From positions 384,001 through 448,000 of the forward strand of contig CAVSGI010000020.1 of the NCBI GenBank assembly GCA_963727445.1: DNA of 64,000 nt, in the 5' to 3' direction. The notes beneath the pieces are model-generated. The model searched no databases. It had not been told where the DNA came from and worked only from the letters and a program-made list of their open reading frames with translations. Source of the DNA: an uncultured delta proteobacterium (GTDB lineage: Bacteria > Myxococcota_A > Polyangia > Polyangiales > B10-G4). Position numbers and translations under genes: made by a program. Positions 27,551 through 36,223 of this stretch are shown one piece after another (position 1 is the stretch's first letter; every line of letters begins with the position of its first letter).

Positions 27551-29812
27551 TCAACGCGGGGCACGGAGCGCGTGCACCAGGTAGCCGACGATGCGTCGGT
27601 GGAGGTTCAGCGTCACGTCGGGCTCGGCCACCATGTGCGTGAAGCCGGAGAGCGGGAGGAAGTCGTGAGAGCGACCAGCCCGCAAGAGGGCGTCGCTCAT
27701 CTTGATCGAGTGAACGAAGTAGACGTTGTCGTCCACCGTGCCGTGGATGATCAAGAGCGGCCGCTCGAGATTGGGCGCGTGGGTGAGCACCGAGGTGTGG
27801 GCGTAGCCATCGGCGTTGTCCGCGGGCAGACCCATGTAGCGCTCGGTGTAGTGGGTGTCGTAATCGCCCCAATCGGCGACGGGCGCTCCCGCGACGCCGG
27901 CGTGAAAGACCTCGGGCCGCTGCATCACCGCCTGCGCCGAGAAGTATCCACCGAAGGACCAGCCGTAGATCCCGACGCGGTCCCGGTCCATCTCGGGGAC
28001 GCGCGCGGCGAGGGCGGTCAGGGCGTTGGCCTGATCTTCGAGGGGCGCGCTGATCACGTCCCGGTAGATCGCGCGCTCGAAGGCACGCCCGCGGCCCGGC
28101 GTCCCGCGGCCGTCGGCGGAGACCACGATGAAGCCATGGTCGGCGTACCACTGCTCGCGGAGGTAGCGGAGGGGCGAGGCGCGAACGGTGCGGTAGTGCG
28201 GCCCACCGTAGACCGAGACCAGCACCGGGTAGGGGCGGCCGGCCTCGAAGTTCCGCGGGCGCACCACCACCGCGTTCAGCTCGCGCTCGCCCACCTCGAG
28301 CAGCTCGATCTGGGGCGTGAAGGGCGGCGTCTCCGCGACCGAGGGCAGGGTCCCCACCTCCTCGTTTCCACGCATCACCCGGAAGGTGAGGCCACCGTCG
28401 AGGGGCCGCGCCGTGTGCACCCAGATCTCGTCACCGACCTCGGCGTCGTTCAGCCCTCGCCCCTCGGTCATCGGCACCACGTCGCCGCCCGCGAGGGGCA
28501 CCTTCACCACCTGCTGGGAGGTGGGATCGCCCTGGTTGGCGAGCACCCAGAGCACGCCAGCCTCTTCGTCCACCGAGACGAGCCCTTCGTAGCCGAGCTC
28601 CGGGGCGGTCAGCGTGGCCTCGAGGCTTCCGTCGACGCCGCGACGCTCGATCACCCATGCGCCGTCTCGCTCGGTGGTCCAGAGGAACGACTCGCCGCCG
28701 CTGAGATAGCGAGGCATCGCCTGCTCGAGATTGATCCAGGCGTCGTCGCGCTCGGTGTGGATGGCCGCCGTTCGTCCGCTCCGGGGATCGACGGTCATCA
28801 GCACCTCCTCGTTCTGGAGGCGGTTCTGCACGAGGATGGTGAGCGGGCCGTCGCTGGGCCATTTCACGGTCGCGAGGTAGGGGTGGGCCTCTCCGTCCCA
28901 GTCGACCCAGCGCGTCCGACCGCCGCTCACCGAGATCAGGCCGATGCGGACTTTCACGTTCGCCATGCCAGGGCGCGGGTAGCGGCGCGCCTGAGCGGGC
29001 GTCTCCGGATGCATGGGATCGAAGATGTGCCAGAGCTCGACCGGGGACAGGTCGGACTCCTGGTAGAGGAGCTGCGTGCTGTCGGGGGACCACCAGTAGC
29101 CGCGGTAGCGCCCCATCTCCTCCTGCGCGACGAACTCGGGCATGCCGTTGACGAGGGTCTCGCTCGCGGTGCGGGTCAGCCGGCGCTCGCGCCCGCCGTC
29201 GGTGCCGATCACGTACAGGTCCGAGTCGCGAACGAAGGCGACGTGCTCGCCGTTCGGCGAGAAGTGCGCGTCGTTGGCGTAGCCCTCGCCGGTGGGGAGC
29301 TCCTTCACCTCGGAGCTCTCTCGCGCGACCACGAAGAGGCGCCCCGAGAGCGGCACCAGGATCTTCGTCCCGTCCTTCGACAGCTCGTAGCTGGCGATGC
29401 CGCGGGCAGAAAGCCGCAAGCGCTCCCGCCGGGCGCGCTCCTCGTCGCTCAGCGCCTCCTCGGCGCCGCCGAGAAGCTGCTCCGCCGTGAGCACCTCGCT
29501 CACCTGTCCTGACGCGACGTCGAAGGCCCAGAGGCTGCGGACGAAGCTCCGCGGGCCCGAACGCAGGAAGAGCACCTGCGCATCGTCCGGCGTGATCTGG
29601 ATGCTCGTCGGTTGGCCGAGGCGGAAGCCGTGGGTCGCTGCGTACTGCTCGATGAATGCGTCCTCGGCGATCGAGGTCGGCGACCAGGCCCGCGCGGCGT
29701 CTCCGCCGTCTCCGTCGCCGTCCTCGGCCGTGGAGGAGCGAACGGACGCGCCCCCGCAGCCGGCGGCGAGAGCCGAAGCGAAGGCGAGGAAGAGAAGTGG
29801 GAGCCGATTCAT
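27551..29812 (-). CDS. S9B dipeptidyl-peptidase IV family lipoprotein
   Basis: FVAQEEM..WWSPD; VYGGPH; GWSFGG; YDTHYTERYMG; HGTVDDNV; H. Confidence 0.95.
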   Translation of the reverse strand: MNRLPLLFLAFASALAAGCGGASVRSSTAEDGDGDGGDAARAWSPTSIAEDAFIEQYAATHGFRLGQPTSIQITPDDAQVLFLRSGPRSFVRSLWAFDVASGQVSEVLTAEQLLGGAEEALSDEERARRERLRLSARGIASYELSKDGTKILVPLSGRLFVVARESSEVKELPTGEGYANDAHFSPNGEHVAFVRDSDLYVIGTDGGRERRLTRTASETLVNGMPEFVAQEEMGRYRGYWWSPDSTQLLYQESDLSPVELWHIFDPMHPETPAQARRYPRPGMANVKVRIGLISVSGGRTRWVDWDGEAHPYLATVKWPSDGPLTILVQNRLQNEEVLMTVDPRSGRTAAIHTERDDAWINLEQAMPRYLSGGESFLWTTERDGAWVIERRGVDGSLEATLTAPELGYEGLVSVDEEAGVLWVLANQGDPTSQQVVKVPLAGGDVVPMTEGRGLNDAEVGDEIWVHTARPLDGGLTFRVMRGNEEVGTLPSVAETPPFTPQIELLEVGERELNAVVVRPRNFEAGRPYPVLVSVYGGPHYRTVRASPLRYLREQWYADHGFIVVSADGRGTPGRGRAFERAIYRDVISAPLEDQANALTALAARVPEMDRDRVGIYGWSFGGYFSAQAVMQRPEVFHAGVAGAPVADWGDYDTHYTERYMGLPADNADGYAHTSVLTHAPNLERPLLIIHGTVDDNVYFVHSIKMSDALLRAGRSHDFLPLSGFTHMVAEPDVTLNLHRRIVGYLVHALRAPR

Positions 29813-29900
29813 GGAGGCGGACTCTAAACCAGCCGCGTCCCGTATCGAAGCTCCCCTGCCAGCCCCAGACACAGGCGCGCTCTGGGGTTAGGCTCAGGAC

Positions 29901-30956
29901 GTGCGCCTCTGGCTCTTCCTGCTCGTCGTCGCCGCAGCCTGTGGCTCCAAGACGCCCCTCGAGGTGGGGGAGCCTCGGTTGCGGGATGGATCCATCGACG
30001 CCGCCGACGCCGCCTCGGACGCGCCTCGCGATGCGCCCTTCGACGTCCCCTTCGTCGACGTGGGCCCCGACGCATGCGCGCCGGTGACGGTCGGCTCTCG
30101 TGTGACGCCCACCGTCATCCTGCTCATCGATCAATCCGGCAGCATGGCGGCGCCGACCGAGAGCGGGCTCTCCCGTTGGGAGCTCCTGCGGGAGGTCGTG
30201 GTGGGCGGCGATGGTCTCGTCACGCGCCTCGAGAGGCGGGTTCGTTTCGGCGTCGCGTTCTATACGGCCCGCTCGGACGGCGACGGCGGGCCGCCCATCG
30301 GCGCCTGTCCCGACATGTCGGTGGTGCCGCCGGCGCTCGACAACCTCGCGCCGATCCGCGACCTCTTCTTCACTCTCGATCCCATCGAGGACACGCCCAC
30401 CGGCGACGCCATCGACGTCGCACGCGACACCCTCGCCCCCTTCTTCGCCCCCGAGCTCGGCCCGACGATCTTCGTCCTCGCCACCGACGGCGAGCCGGAC
30501 ACCTGCGCGGAGCTCGACCCGCAGAACGGGCAGGACGAGGCGGTGGCGGCAGCGCGGCGTTCGTTTGCCGCCGGCATTCGCACCTTCATCCTCTCCCTCG
30601 GCGAGGGGCTCGTGTCGCGCGAGCACCTCCAGAACATGGCCGATGCCGGCATCGGCGAGAGCGGCGCTACCTTCTGGGAGGCGGCGACCGCCGACGGGCT
30701 CCGCGGGGCGCTCGACGAGATCGTTCGCACCGACGTGGCGTGCACCCTCACGCTCACCCAGGCGGTGGAGCCCTCCCTCGCGTGCCTCGGCGACGTCCGC
30801 CTGAACGGGCGGCCGCTCCTCTGCGACGGGCCCGATGGCTTCTCGGTCCCCGAGCCGACCACGATGGTGCTCTCGGGGTCGGCGTGCAGCGAGCTGAGCG
30901 AGGTCCCCTCCAGCCGCCTCACGGCGCAGTGGCCCTGTGAGGCGCTCCGGCGATAG
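29901..30956 (+). CDS. VWA-domain lipoprotein (CglB-like)
   Basis: AAAC lipobox; LIDQSGSM; DTPTG; VLATDGEPDTC; Cys-rich C-terminal domain. Confidence 0.87.
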   Translation: MRLWLFLLVVAAACGSKTPLEVGEPRLRDGSIDAADAASDAPRDAPFDVPFVDVGPDACAPVTVGSRVTPTVILLIDQSGSMAAPTESGLSRWELLREVVVGGDGLVTRLERRVRFGVAFYTARSDGDGGPPIGACPDMSVVPPALDNLAPIRDLFFTLDPIEDTPTGDAIDVARDTLAPFFAPELGPTIFVLATDGEPDTCAELDPQNGQDEAVAAARRSFAAGIRTFILSLGEGLVSREHLQNMADAGIGESGATFWEAATADGLRGALDEIVRTDVACTLTLTQAVEPSLACLGDVRLNGRPLLCDGPDGFSVPEPTTMVLSGSACSELSEVPSSRLTAQWPCEALRR

Positions 30957-30962
30957 GGCGCC

Positions 30963-32480
30963 TCAGCCGATCTTCGTCGGGTTGATCTCGCCGGCGGTGA
31001 TCATCCGGCGCAGCTCGCGCTTGAGCACCTTGCCGCTCGGGCCGAGGGGCATGGCCGCGACGAAAGCCACCTCGCGGGGGTGCTTGATGTCGCCAACCAG
31101 ACCTTTCAGGCTGGCGACGATCGACGCGGGGCTCGGGTCTTTGCCCTCGGCGCGCACGATCACGGCGACGATCTCCTCGCCGTAGTGATCGTCGGGACGG
31201 CCGACGACGGCGACCTCCGCCACGTCGGGGTGGCGCGCGAGGGCGTCCTCCACCTCGCTCGGGAAGACGTTGTTTCCGCCGCGGATGATGATGTCTTTCT
31301 GGCGGTCGACGATCGTCAGCACGCCGTCGCCGCCGAGCACGCCCACGTCTCCGGTGGCGAGCCAGCCGTCGGGCATGGCCTCGACGGTGCCGGCGTCGTC
31401 GTCGAGATACTGGGCCATCACGTTCTGCCCGCGCACCCGAACCTCACCGGTCTCGCCCGGCCGAACGTCCTTGCCCTCCTCGTCGACCACCCGAACCTCG
31501 ACGCCCCACACCGGGCGCCCCACCGAGCCGGGGCTCTTTTCCCAAGGCGGCGCGTCGACGGTGGAGAAGGTGGCTTCCGTCAGGCCATAGCCTTGGCGTA
31601 CCTCGCAGCCGAGTCGCTTTTCGGCGGCCTCGCGCAGGTTCTCGGCGAGGGGCGCGCCGGCGCTCAAGCACCAGGAGAGGCTCTTCGCCGGCTCCGAAGC
31701 CGGCTGGCGCTCGAGCGCCGCCAGCATGGTCGGTACCACCGGGAGCCAGCTGATCTCTTCGCTCTGGAGCGCGGTGAGGGTCTCTGCGGCGCGGAAGCGT
31801 GGCATGAGCACCGCGCGCGCGCCCGCATAGAAGGGCGCGAGGACGACCATGCGGATGCCGTAGCTGTGGGTGAGCGGCAGGACGCCGAGGACCCGATCCC
31901 CGGATGACAAGCCCAGCGTGTGGTGCACCAGGGCGCTGGTGTGCAGCAGGAGCGACGCATGGGTGACCACCGCGCCGCGCTCGCCCTGCACCGTCCCCGA
32001 GGTGTAGAGGATCATCGCCGTGTCGCCCGCCTTCACGTCGAAGGGGCGCTGCATCGGGAGCTCGCCGAGGCCGAGCCCTTCGACTTCGTGCTGCGGGATC
32101 TCGCGTCCGAGCTCTTCCACCGCCGCGGCCGCCACTTCGTAGCGCGGATCGTCGTGGAGGATGGCGTCGCAGCGCGCATGAGCCAATCGCCGCGAGAGCT
32201 CCGGGGCGGTGAGCACCGTGGGCATCGGCACCACCGTCATGCCCGCGTAGACGATGCCGAACCACGCCCGCACGAAGGCGTCGCCGTTGTCCGCGAAGAG
32301 CGCTACGCGCCCGCCCGGCATCACGCCCTCACCGAGGAGCGCCTGCGCGACGCGTAGCGCGCCGTCGTCCAGCTCGCGATAGGTGACCTCGCGGCGTGAG
32401 CGCCCGAGCTCCACCAGGGCTACGTCGTCCGGGCGCCGCAGCGCCGTCTGCCTCAGCACATGCCCGACATTCACTCCCAT
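30963..32480 (-). CDS. Long-chain acyl-CoA ligase / AMP-binding enzyme
   Basis: YTSGT, GYGLTE, ATGD, DRQKD.IIRGG.NVFP.EVE, GKVLK. Confidence 0.93.
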   Translation of the reverse strand: MGVNVGHVLRQTALRRPDDVALVELGRSRREVTYRELDDGALRVAQALLGEGVMPGGRVALFADNGDAFVRAWFGIVYAGMTVVPMPTVLTAPELSRRLAHARCDAILHDDPRYEVAAAAVEELGREIPQHEVEGLGLGELPMQRPFDVKAGDTAMILYTSGTVQGERGAVVTHASLLLHTSALVHHTLGLSSGDRVLGVLPLTHSYGIRMVVLAPFYAGARAVLMPRFRAAETLTALQSEEISWLPVVPTMLAALERQPASEPAKSLSWCLSAGAPLAENLREAAEKRLGCEVRQGYGLTEATFSTVDAPPWEKSPGSVGRPVWGVEVRVVDEEGKDVRPGETGEVRVRGQNVMAQYLDDDAGTVEAMPDGWLATGDVGVLGGDGVLTIVDRQKDIIIRGGNNVFPSEVEDALARHPDVAEVAVVGRPDDHYGEEIVAVIVRAEGKDPSPASIVASLKGLVGDIKHPREVAFVAAMPLGPSGKVLKRELRRMITAGEINPTKIG

Positions 32481-32513
32481 GGGCCGTGGGTGTACCGGTC
32501 GACCCGCCGCTTG

Positions 32514-33881
32514 TCACGCCCGGGCGATGGCTTTGCGGCTGATTCGATCGAAACGGGCCACGAGAGCCACCGCCACCGTCGAAAGGCCCGCGCAGAGGCC
32601 CCACCAGAGCCCCTCCACGCCCCAACCGGCGGGCCAGGCGAGGATGGCGGCGACGGGCACGCCTATCAGGTAGTGGCCGAGCACGTTGGCGATCATCGCG
32701 AAGCGCGTGTCCCCGGCGCCGCGTAGCGCGCCGGCCCCCACCGCTTGAAGCCCGTCCACCAGTTGGAAGGCGGCAGCCACGAGGATCAGCGGCACGGCGG
32801 CGGCGATGACCTCCGCGTCGTCCGTGATGAGACGCGCGAGGAGCGACGGAACGGCCAGGAAGAAGAGCGCGTTCATCGCCATGAAGCCGCCAGCGGCGCC
32901 GAGCGCGACGAAGCCGGCGCGGCGGGTCTTGTCCGCGTCGCCTTCGCCGATGGCGCGTCCGACGCGAACGGTGGCGGCGGCGTTGAGCGCCAGCGGGACC
33001 TGAAAGGTCGTCGCGGCGAGGGTCAGGGCGACGTTGTGGGCGGCGAGGGGGCGAGTGCCGAGGATGCCGGCGCCGAGACCGGTGAGCGTGAAGAGGCCGA
33101 CCTCGGCGAGGAGGGCGCCAGCGATGGGCGCGCCGAGTCGGAAGGCGCGGCGGATGGTCTCGGGGTCGGGACGGAAGCGCGTGCGTGTTTCGCTCCCGTC
33201 GCCGAGCGCGCGCACCGCATAGAGGATGATCCCCATCTGCAGCACGGTGCAGACGGTGCTCGTCCAGCCGGCGCCCGCGACGCCGAGCGCGGGGACGCCG
33301 AGGGCCGGCAGGCCATAGGGCGTGAGGCCGGCGTCGCCGAAGACGAGCGCCCAGCTCACAGGCAGGTTGATGACGTTGGCGACGACGACGCCGATCACCA
33401 TCGGGCGGGTGACGTCGTGGGCGGAGAGGTAGCTGCGGCCCCCGATGAGCAGGAAGAAGGGCCACAGGCTCGGCAGGCGCGCGTGCACGTAGTCGGCGGT
33501 GGCGGCGGAGGCGTCGGCGTCGATCCCGAGGGTCGGCAAGAGCGCCACCACGCCCACGATCGCCAGCGCGAGGGGAAAGGCGACGACGACCGCGATGCCC
33601 AGCCCCTGCAGATAGAGGCGGCGCGCCTCTTTGCGCTCGTTGGCACCGACGGCCTGGGTGATCAGCGGGTCGAGGCCGAGCATCAGGCCGAGACCGATGA
33701 CGGCGACCGCGAAGTAGAGCCCGCTGCCGAGGCCGACGGCGCCGAGGGGTACCTCACCCAGGCGTCCCACCACCGCCGTGTCGACCGCCCCCATCAGCTG
33801 GTTGCCGAGGTTGCTCAGGGCGAGAGGGACGGCGACCGAGAAGAGGCCGCGCGCTTCCGTGCGGATGGGGGACGCCGTCAC
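32514..33881 (-). CDS. MATE family efflux transporter (NorM-like)
   Basis: About 12 TM; VDTAVVGRLG; VRVGRAIG; FQLVDGLQ..GALRGAGDT. Confidence 0.93.
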   Translation of the reverse strand: MTASPIRTEARGLFSVAVPLALSNLGNQLMGAVDTAVVGRLGEVPLGAVGLGSGLYFAVAVIGLGLMLGLDPLITQAVGANERKEARRLYLQGLGIAVVVAFPLALAIVGVVALLPTLGIDADASAATADYVHARLPSLWPFFLLIGGRSYLSAHDVTRPMVIGVVVANVINLPVSWALVFGDAGLTPYGLPALGVPALGVAGAGWTSTVCTVLQMGIILYAVRALGDGSETRTRFRPDPETIRRAFRLGAPIAGALLAEVGLFTLTGLGAGILGTRPLAAHNVALTLAATTFQVPLALNAAATVRVGRAIGEGDADKTRRAGFVALGAAGGFMAMNALFFLAVPSLLARLITDDAEVIAAAVPLILVAAAFQLVDGLQAVGAGALRGAGDTRFAMIANVLGHYLIGVPVAAILAWPAGWGVEGLWWGLCAGLSTVAVALVARFDRISRKAIARA

Positions 33882-33893
33882 GTGAGGCTGGCC

Positions 33894-34877
33894 TCAGAAG
33901 GTCAGGACGAGCTTCCCGAAGGTGCGATTTTCGTCCATGCGGCGATGCGCCTCCGCCACCTCTTCGATGGGCAGCGCATCATCCACGACGGCCTCGAGGG
34001 TGCCGTCCGCGAGAGAGGGCAGCACGGCGGCCGAAAACGCCTGCGCGAGCGCGGCCTTCTCCTCGAGTGGACGGGCGCGCAGCACGCTGCCGACGATGTG
34101 GAGGCGCTTTCGGAGCACGAGGCCGAGGGGCAGCTCGCCGCTCACGCCGCCCATCAGGCCGAGGATCACCATCGTCCCCTGCGCCGCGAGCGCCGCCGCG
34201 TTTTCGGCGAGGTACGCCGCGCCGACGGTGTCGATGATGACGTCGGCGCCGCCCGCCGCTTCTTTCACCGCGTCGGCGAAGGTCCCGTCCGACACGTGGA
34301 TCGCGTGGTCGAGGCCGAGGGGCTCGACGCGTTCGAGCTTGTCGGCGGTGCGCGAGGTGCCGAGGGTGACGCCGCCCGCGCGCTTGACGAGCTGCGTCGC
34401 GGCGGTGCCGACGCCCGACGCCACCGCGTGAAGGAGGACGCGCGTGCCGAGGCCGACGCGCGCCTGCCGGAAGAGGGCGTCGTAGGCGGTGAGCCACACC
34501 TCGGGGATCGCGCCCGCGGTCTCGAAGTCCATCGACTCCGGGATGCGGATCGCCTCGCGCTCGTGGGTCACGAGGTAGCTCGCCATGCCGCCGCCGGCGA
34601 CGATGCCCATCACCCGGTCGCCCACCGCGTGATCGCGCACGCCTTCGCCGACGGCCTCGACGACGCCGGCATATTCGAGGCCGGGGACATCGGCGGGGGC
34701 GCCCGGGGGCGCGGGGTAGAAGCCGCGGCGCTGAAGGGTGTCGGCGCGGTTGAGGCCCGCCGCGCGCACGGCGACGAGGATCTCGGAGGGGCCCGGGTCG
34801 CGAACGTCGATCTCGCCGAGCGCGAGGACGTCGGGACCGCCGGGCTCCCGGATGCGAACGGCTCTGGCGCGGGGCAT
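33894..34877 (-). CDS. NAD(P)H:quinone oxidoreductase, PIG3 family
   Basis: GGPDVL..GLNRAD..G.YP.P.G..PGLE; PEVWLTAY; ASGVGTAA; GS.LRAR; GKLVL. Confidence 0.93.
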   Translation of the reverse strand: MPRARAVRIREPGGPDVLALGEIDVRDPGPSEILVAVRAAGLNRADTLQRRGFYPAPPGAPADVPGLEYAGVVEAVGEGVRDHAVGDRVMGIVAGGGMASYLVTHEREAIRIPESMDFETAGAIPEVWLTAYDALFRQARVGLGTRVLLHAVASGVGTAATQLVKRAGGVTLGTSRTADKLERVEPLGLDHAIHVSDGTFADAVKEAAGGADVIIDTVGAAYLAENAAALAAQGTMVILGLMGGVSGELPLGLVLRKRLHIVGSVLRARPLEEKAALAQAFSAAVLPSLADGTLEAVVDDALPIEEVAEAHRRMDENRTFGKLVLTF

Positions 34878-34968
34878 GGGCGCGAAGATAGCGCACCACC
34901 GCGGCGCGGGCGCACCAAAACGAGGCGGCCTTGCGCTACGCGGAGGGCAGATGTCGCGTTGCTTTCGC

Positions 34969-34985
34969 TCGGCACGGCGCTCGCA
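34969..34985 (+). promoter_or_regulatory. Probable sigma54 promoter for the SPFH gene
   Basis: TCGGCACGGCGCTCGCA, GG(34971)-N10-GC(34983); GGAGG then ATG 35009; GCGCACCA repeats at 34891 and 34910. Confidence 0.6.
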
Positions 34986-35008
34986 CTGGGTCACGGCGGA
35001 GGTCGACG

Positions 35009-36223
35009 ATGACGAAGCCGAACGAGCAGGCGCTGGCGCTCGCCCGCGCCCGAGTAGCGGAGGGGTGGCGCGAAGGGCGCCCGATCGAGGATCCCGACAA
35101 GACGAAGCGATGGGGCCTGATCACCGCCAAGCCCAGCGAGTACCTCGTGCACTGTCGTCGCGGGCGCGTGCTCGCGTCGAGCGGGCAGGGCGCCACCTGC
35201 TTCAAGTGGCCCTGGGACTCGGTGGCCGTGGTGCCGACCTCGCTTCAGCGCATCGCCTTCGTCGCGGATCAGGTCACGGCGGAGAAGGTCGGGGTGCAGG
35301 TGACCGGGCTCGCCGTCTACCGCATCGCCGCGCCGCTGATCGCCTTTCGCGTGCTGAACTTCTCCTATGCGGAGCGGGCGCAGGAGAAGCTGGCGGAGAC
35401 GCTCACCTCGATGCTCACGGGTGCGACGCGGCGCCTCCTCGCGAACCTGGGCGTCGAGGAGGTGATGCAGAAGCGCAAAGGCGCCATCGCCGACGAGCTG
35501 ATGCGGGAGATCGCCCCGGTGGTGGCCGGGGAAGGGCGCACCGACGACGAGACCGACCGAGGCTGGGGCGTGGTCCTGGACACCATCGAGATCCAGGACG
35601 TCCGCGTGCTCTCGGAGCAGGTCTTCTCCGCGATGCAGGCGCCTTACCGTGCCCGGCTCGACCGCGAGGCACGCGAGGCGAAGGCCGACGCCGACCGCCG
35701 CGGGGCGCTCGCGGAGGCCGAAAGCCGCCGCCAGGTCGAGCGCGCGGAGCTCGACGCAGAGGCCGATGTCGCCGAGCGTGAAGCGGAGATCGCTCGTGAG
35801 CGGGCCGAGGCGCAGATGCGCGACGCGGTGCGTGCAGCCGCGCGCGAGGTAGAGGAGGCCGAGGCGCGGACCGCGGCGCGCGAAGCGCTGGTGGACGCGA
35901 CTGTCGCCGAGGGGCAGATCGCGCGCGCCAAGCAGGAGGCGGAGCTCGCGCGACGCCGCGCGGAGAGCGAGGCGGTGGTGGAGATGGGCCTGGCGCGGGC
36001 GGAGCTCGCCGCCCGCGAGGCGAAGAACGAGGAGGTGCGCGCCGCGGCGCGTGCGCGGGTGGCGCTCGTGGAGAGGTTGCCAGAGCTCGCGGGCGCGGTA
36101 GGCGAGCGTTTCGGCGAGGTGCGGGTGACGCAGATCGGCGGCGACGGTCAGCCCTTCGGGAACATCGCGCAGGCCGTGGCCTCGGTGCTCGAGCTCGCGC
36201 GAGAGGGGCTCAGTCCAGACTGA
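35009..36223 (+). CDS. SPFH/flotillin-family protein
   Basis: Band-7 domain (ADQVTAEKVGV..AVYRI..WGVVLDTIEIQDV) followed by an AE-rich coiled coil. Confidence 0.88.
   Translation: MTKPNEQALALARARVAEGWREGRPIEDPDKTKRWGLITAKPSEYLVHCRRGRVLASSGQGATCFKWPWDSVAVVPTSLQRIAFVADQVTAEKVGVQVTGLAVYRIAAPLIAFRVLNFSYAERAQEKLAETLTSMLTGATRRLLANLGVEEVMQKRKGAIADELMREIAPVVAGEGRTDDETDRGWGVVLDTIEIQDVRVLSEQVFSAMQAPYRARLDREAREAKADADRRGALAEAESRRQVERAELDAEADVAEREAEIARERAEAQMRDAVRAAAREVEEAEARTAAREALVDATVAEGQIARAKQEAELARRRAESEAVVEMGLARAELAAREAKNEEVRAAARARVALVERLPELAGAVGERFGEVRVTQIGGDGQPFGNIAQAVASVLELAREGLSPD

Noticed and set aside
31970..32010. Degenerate P-loop YTSGTVQGERG in the acyl-CoA ligase
   Set aside because: All other adenylation motifs are intact; within plausible family variation
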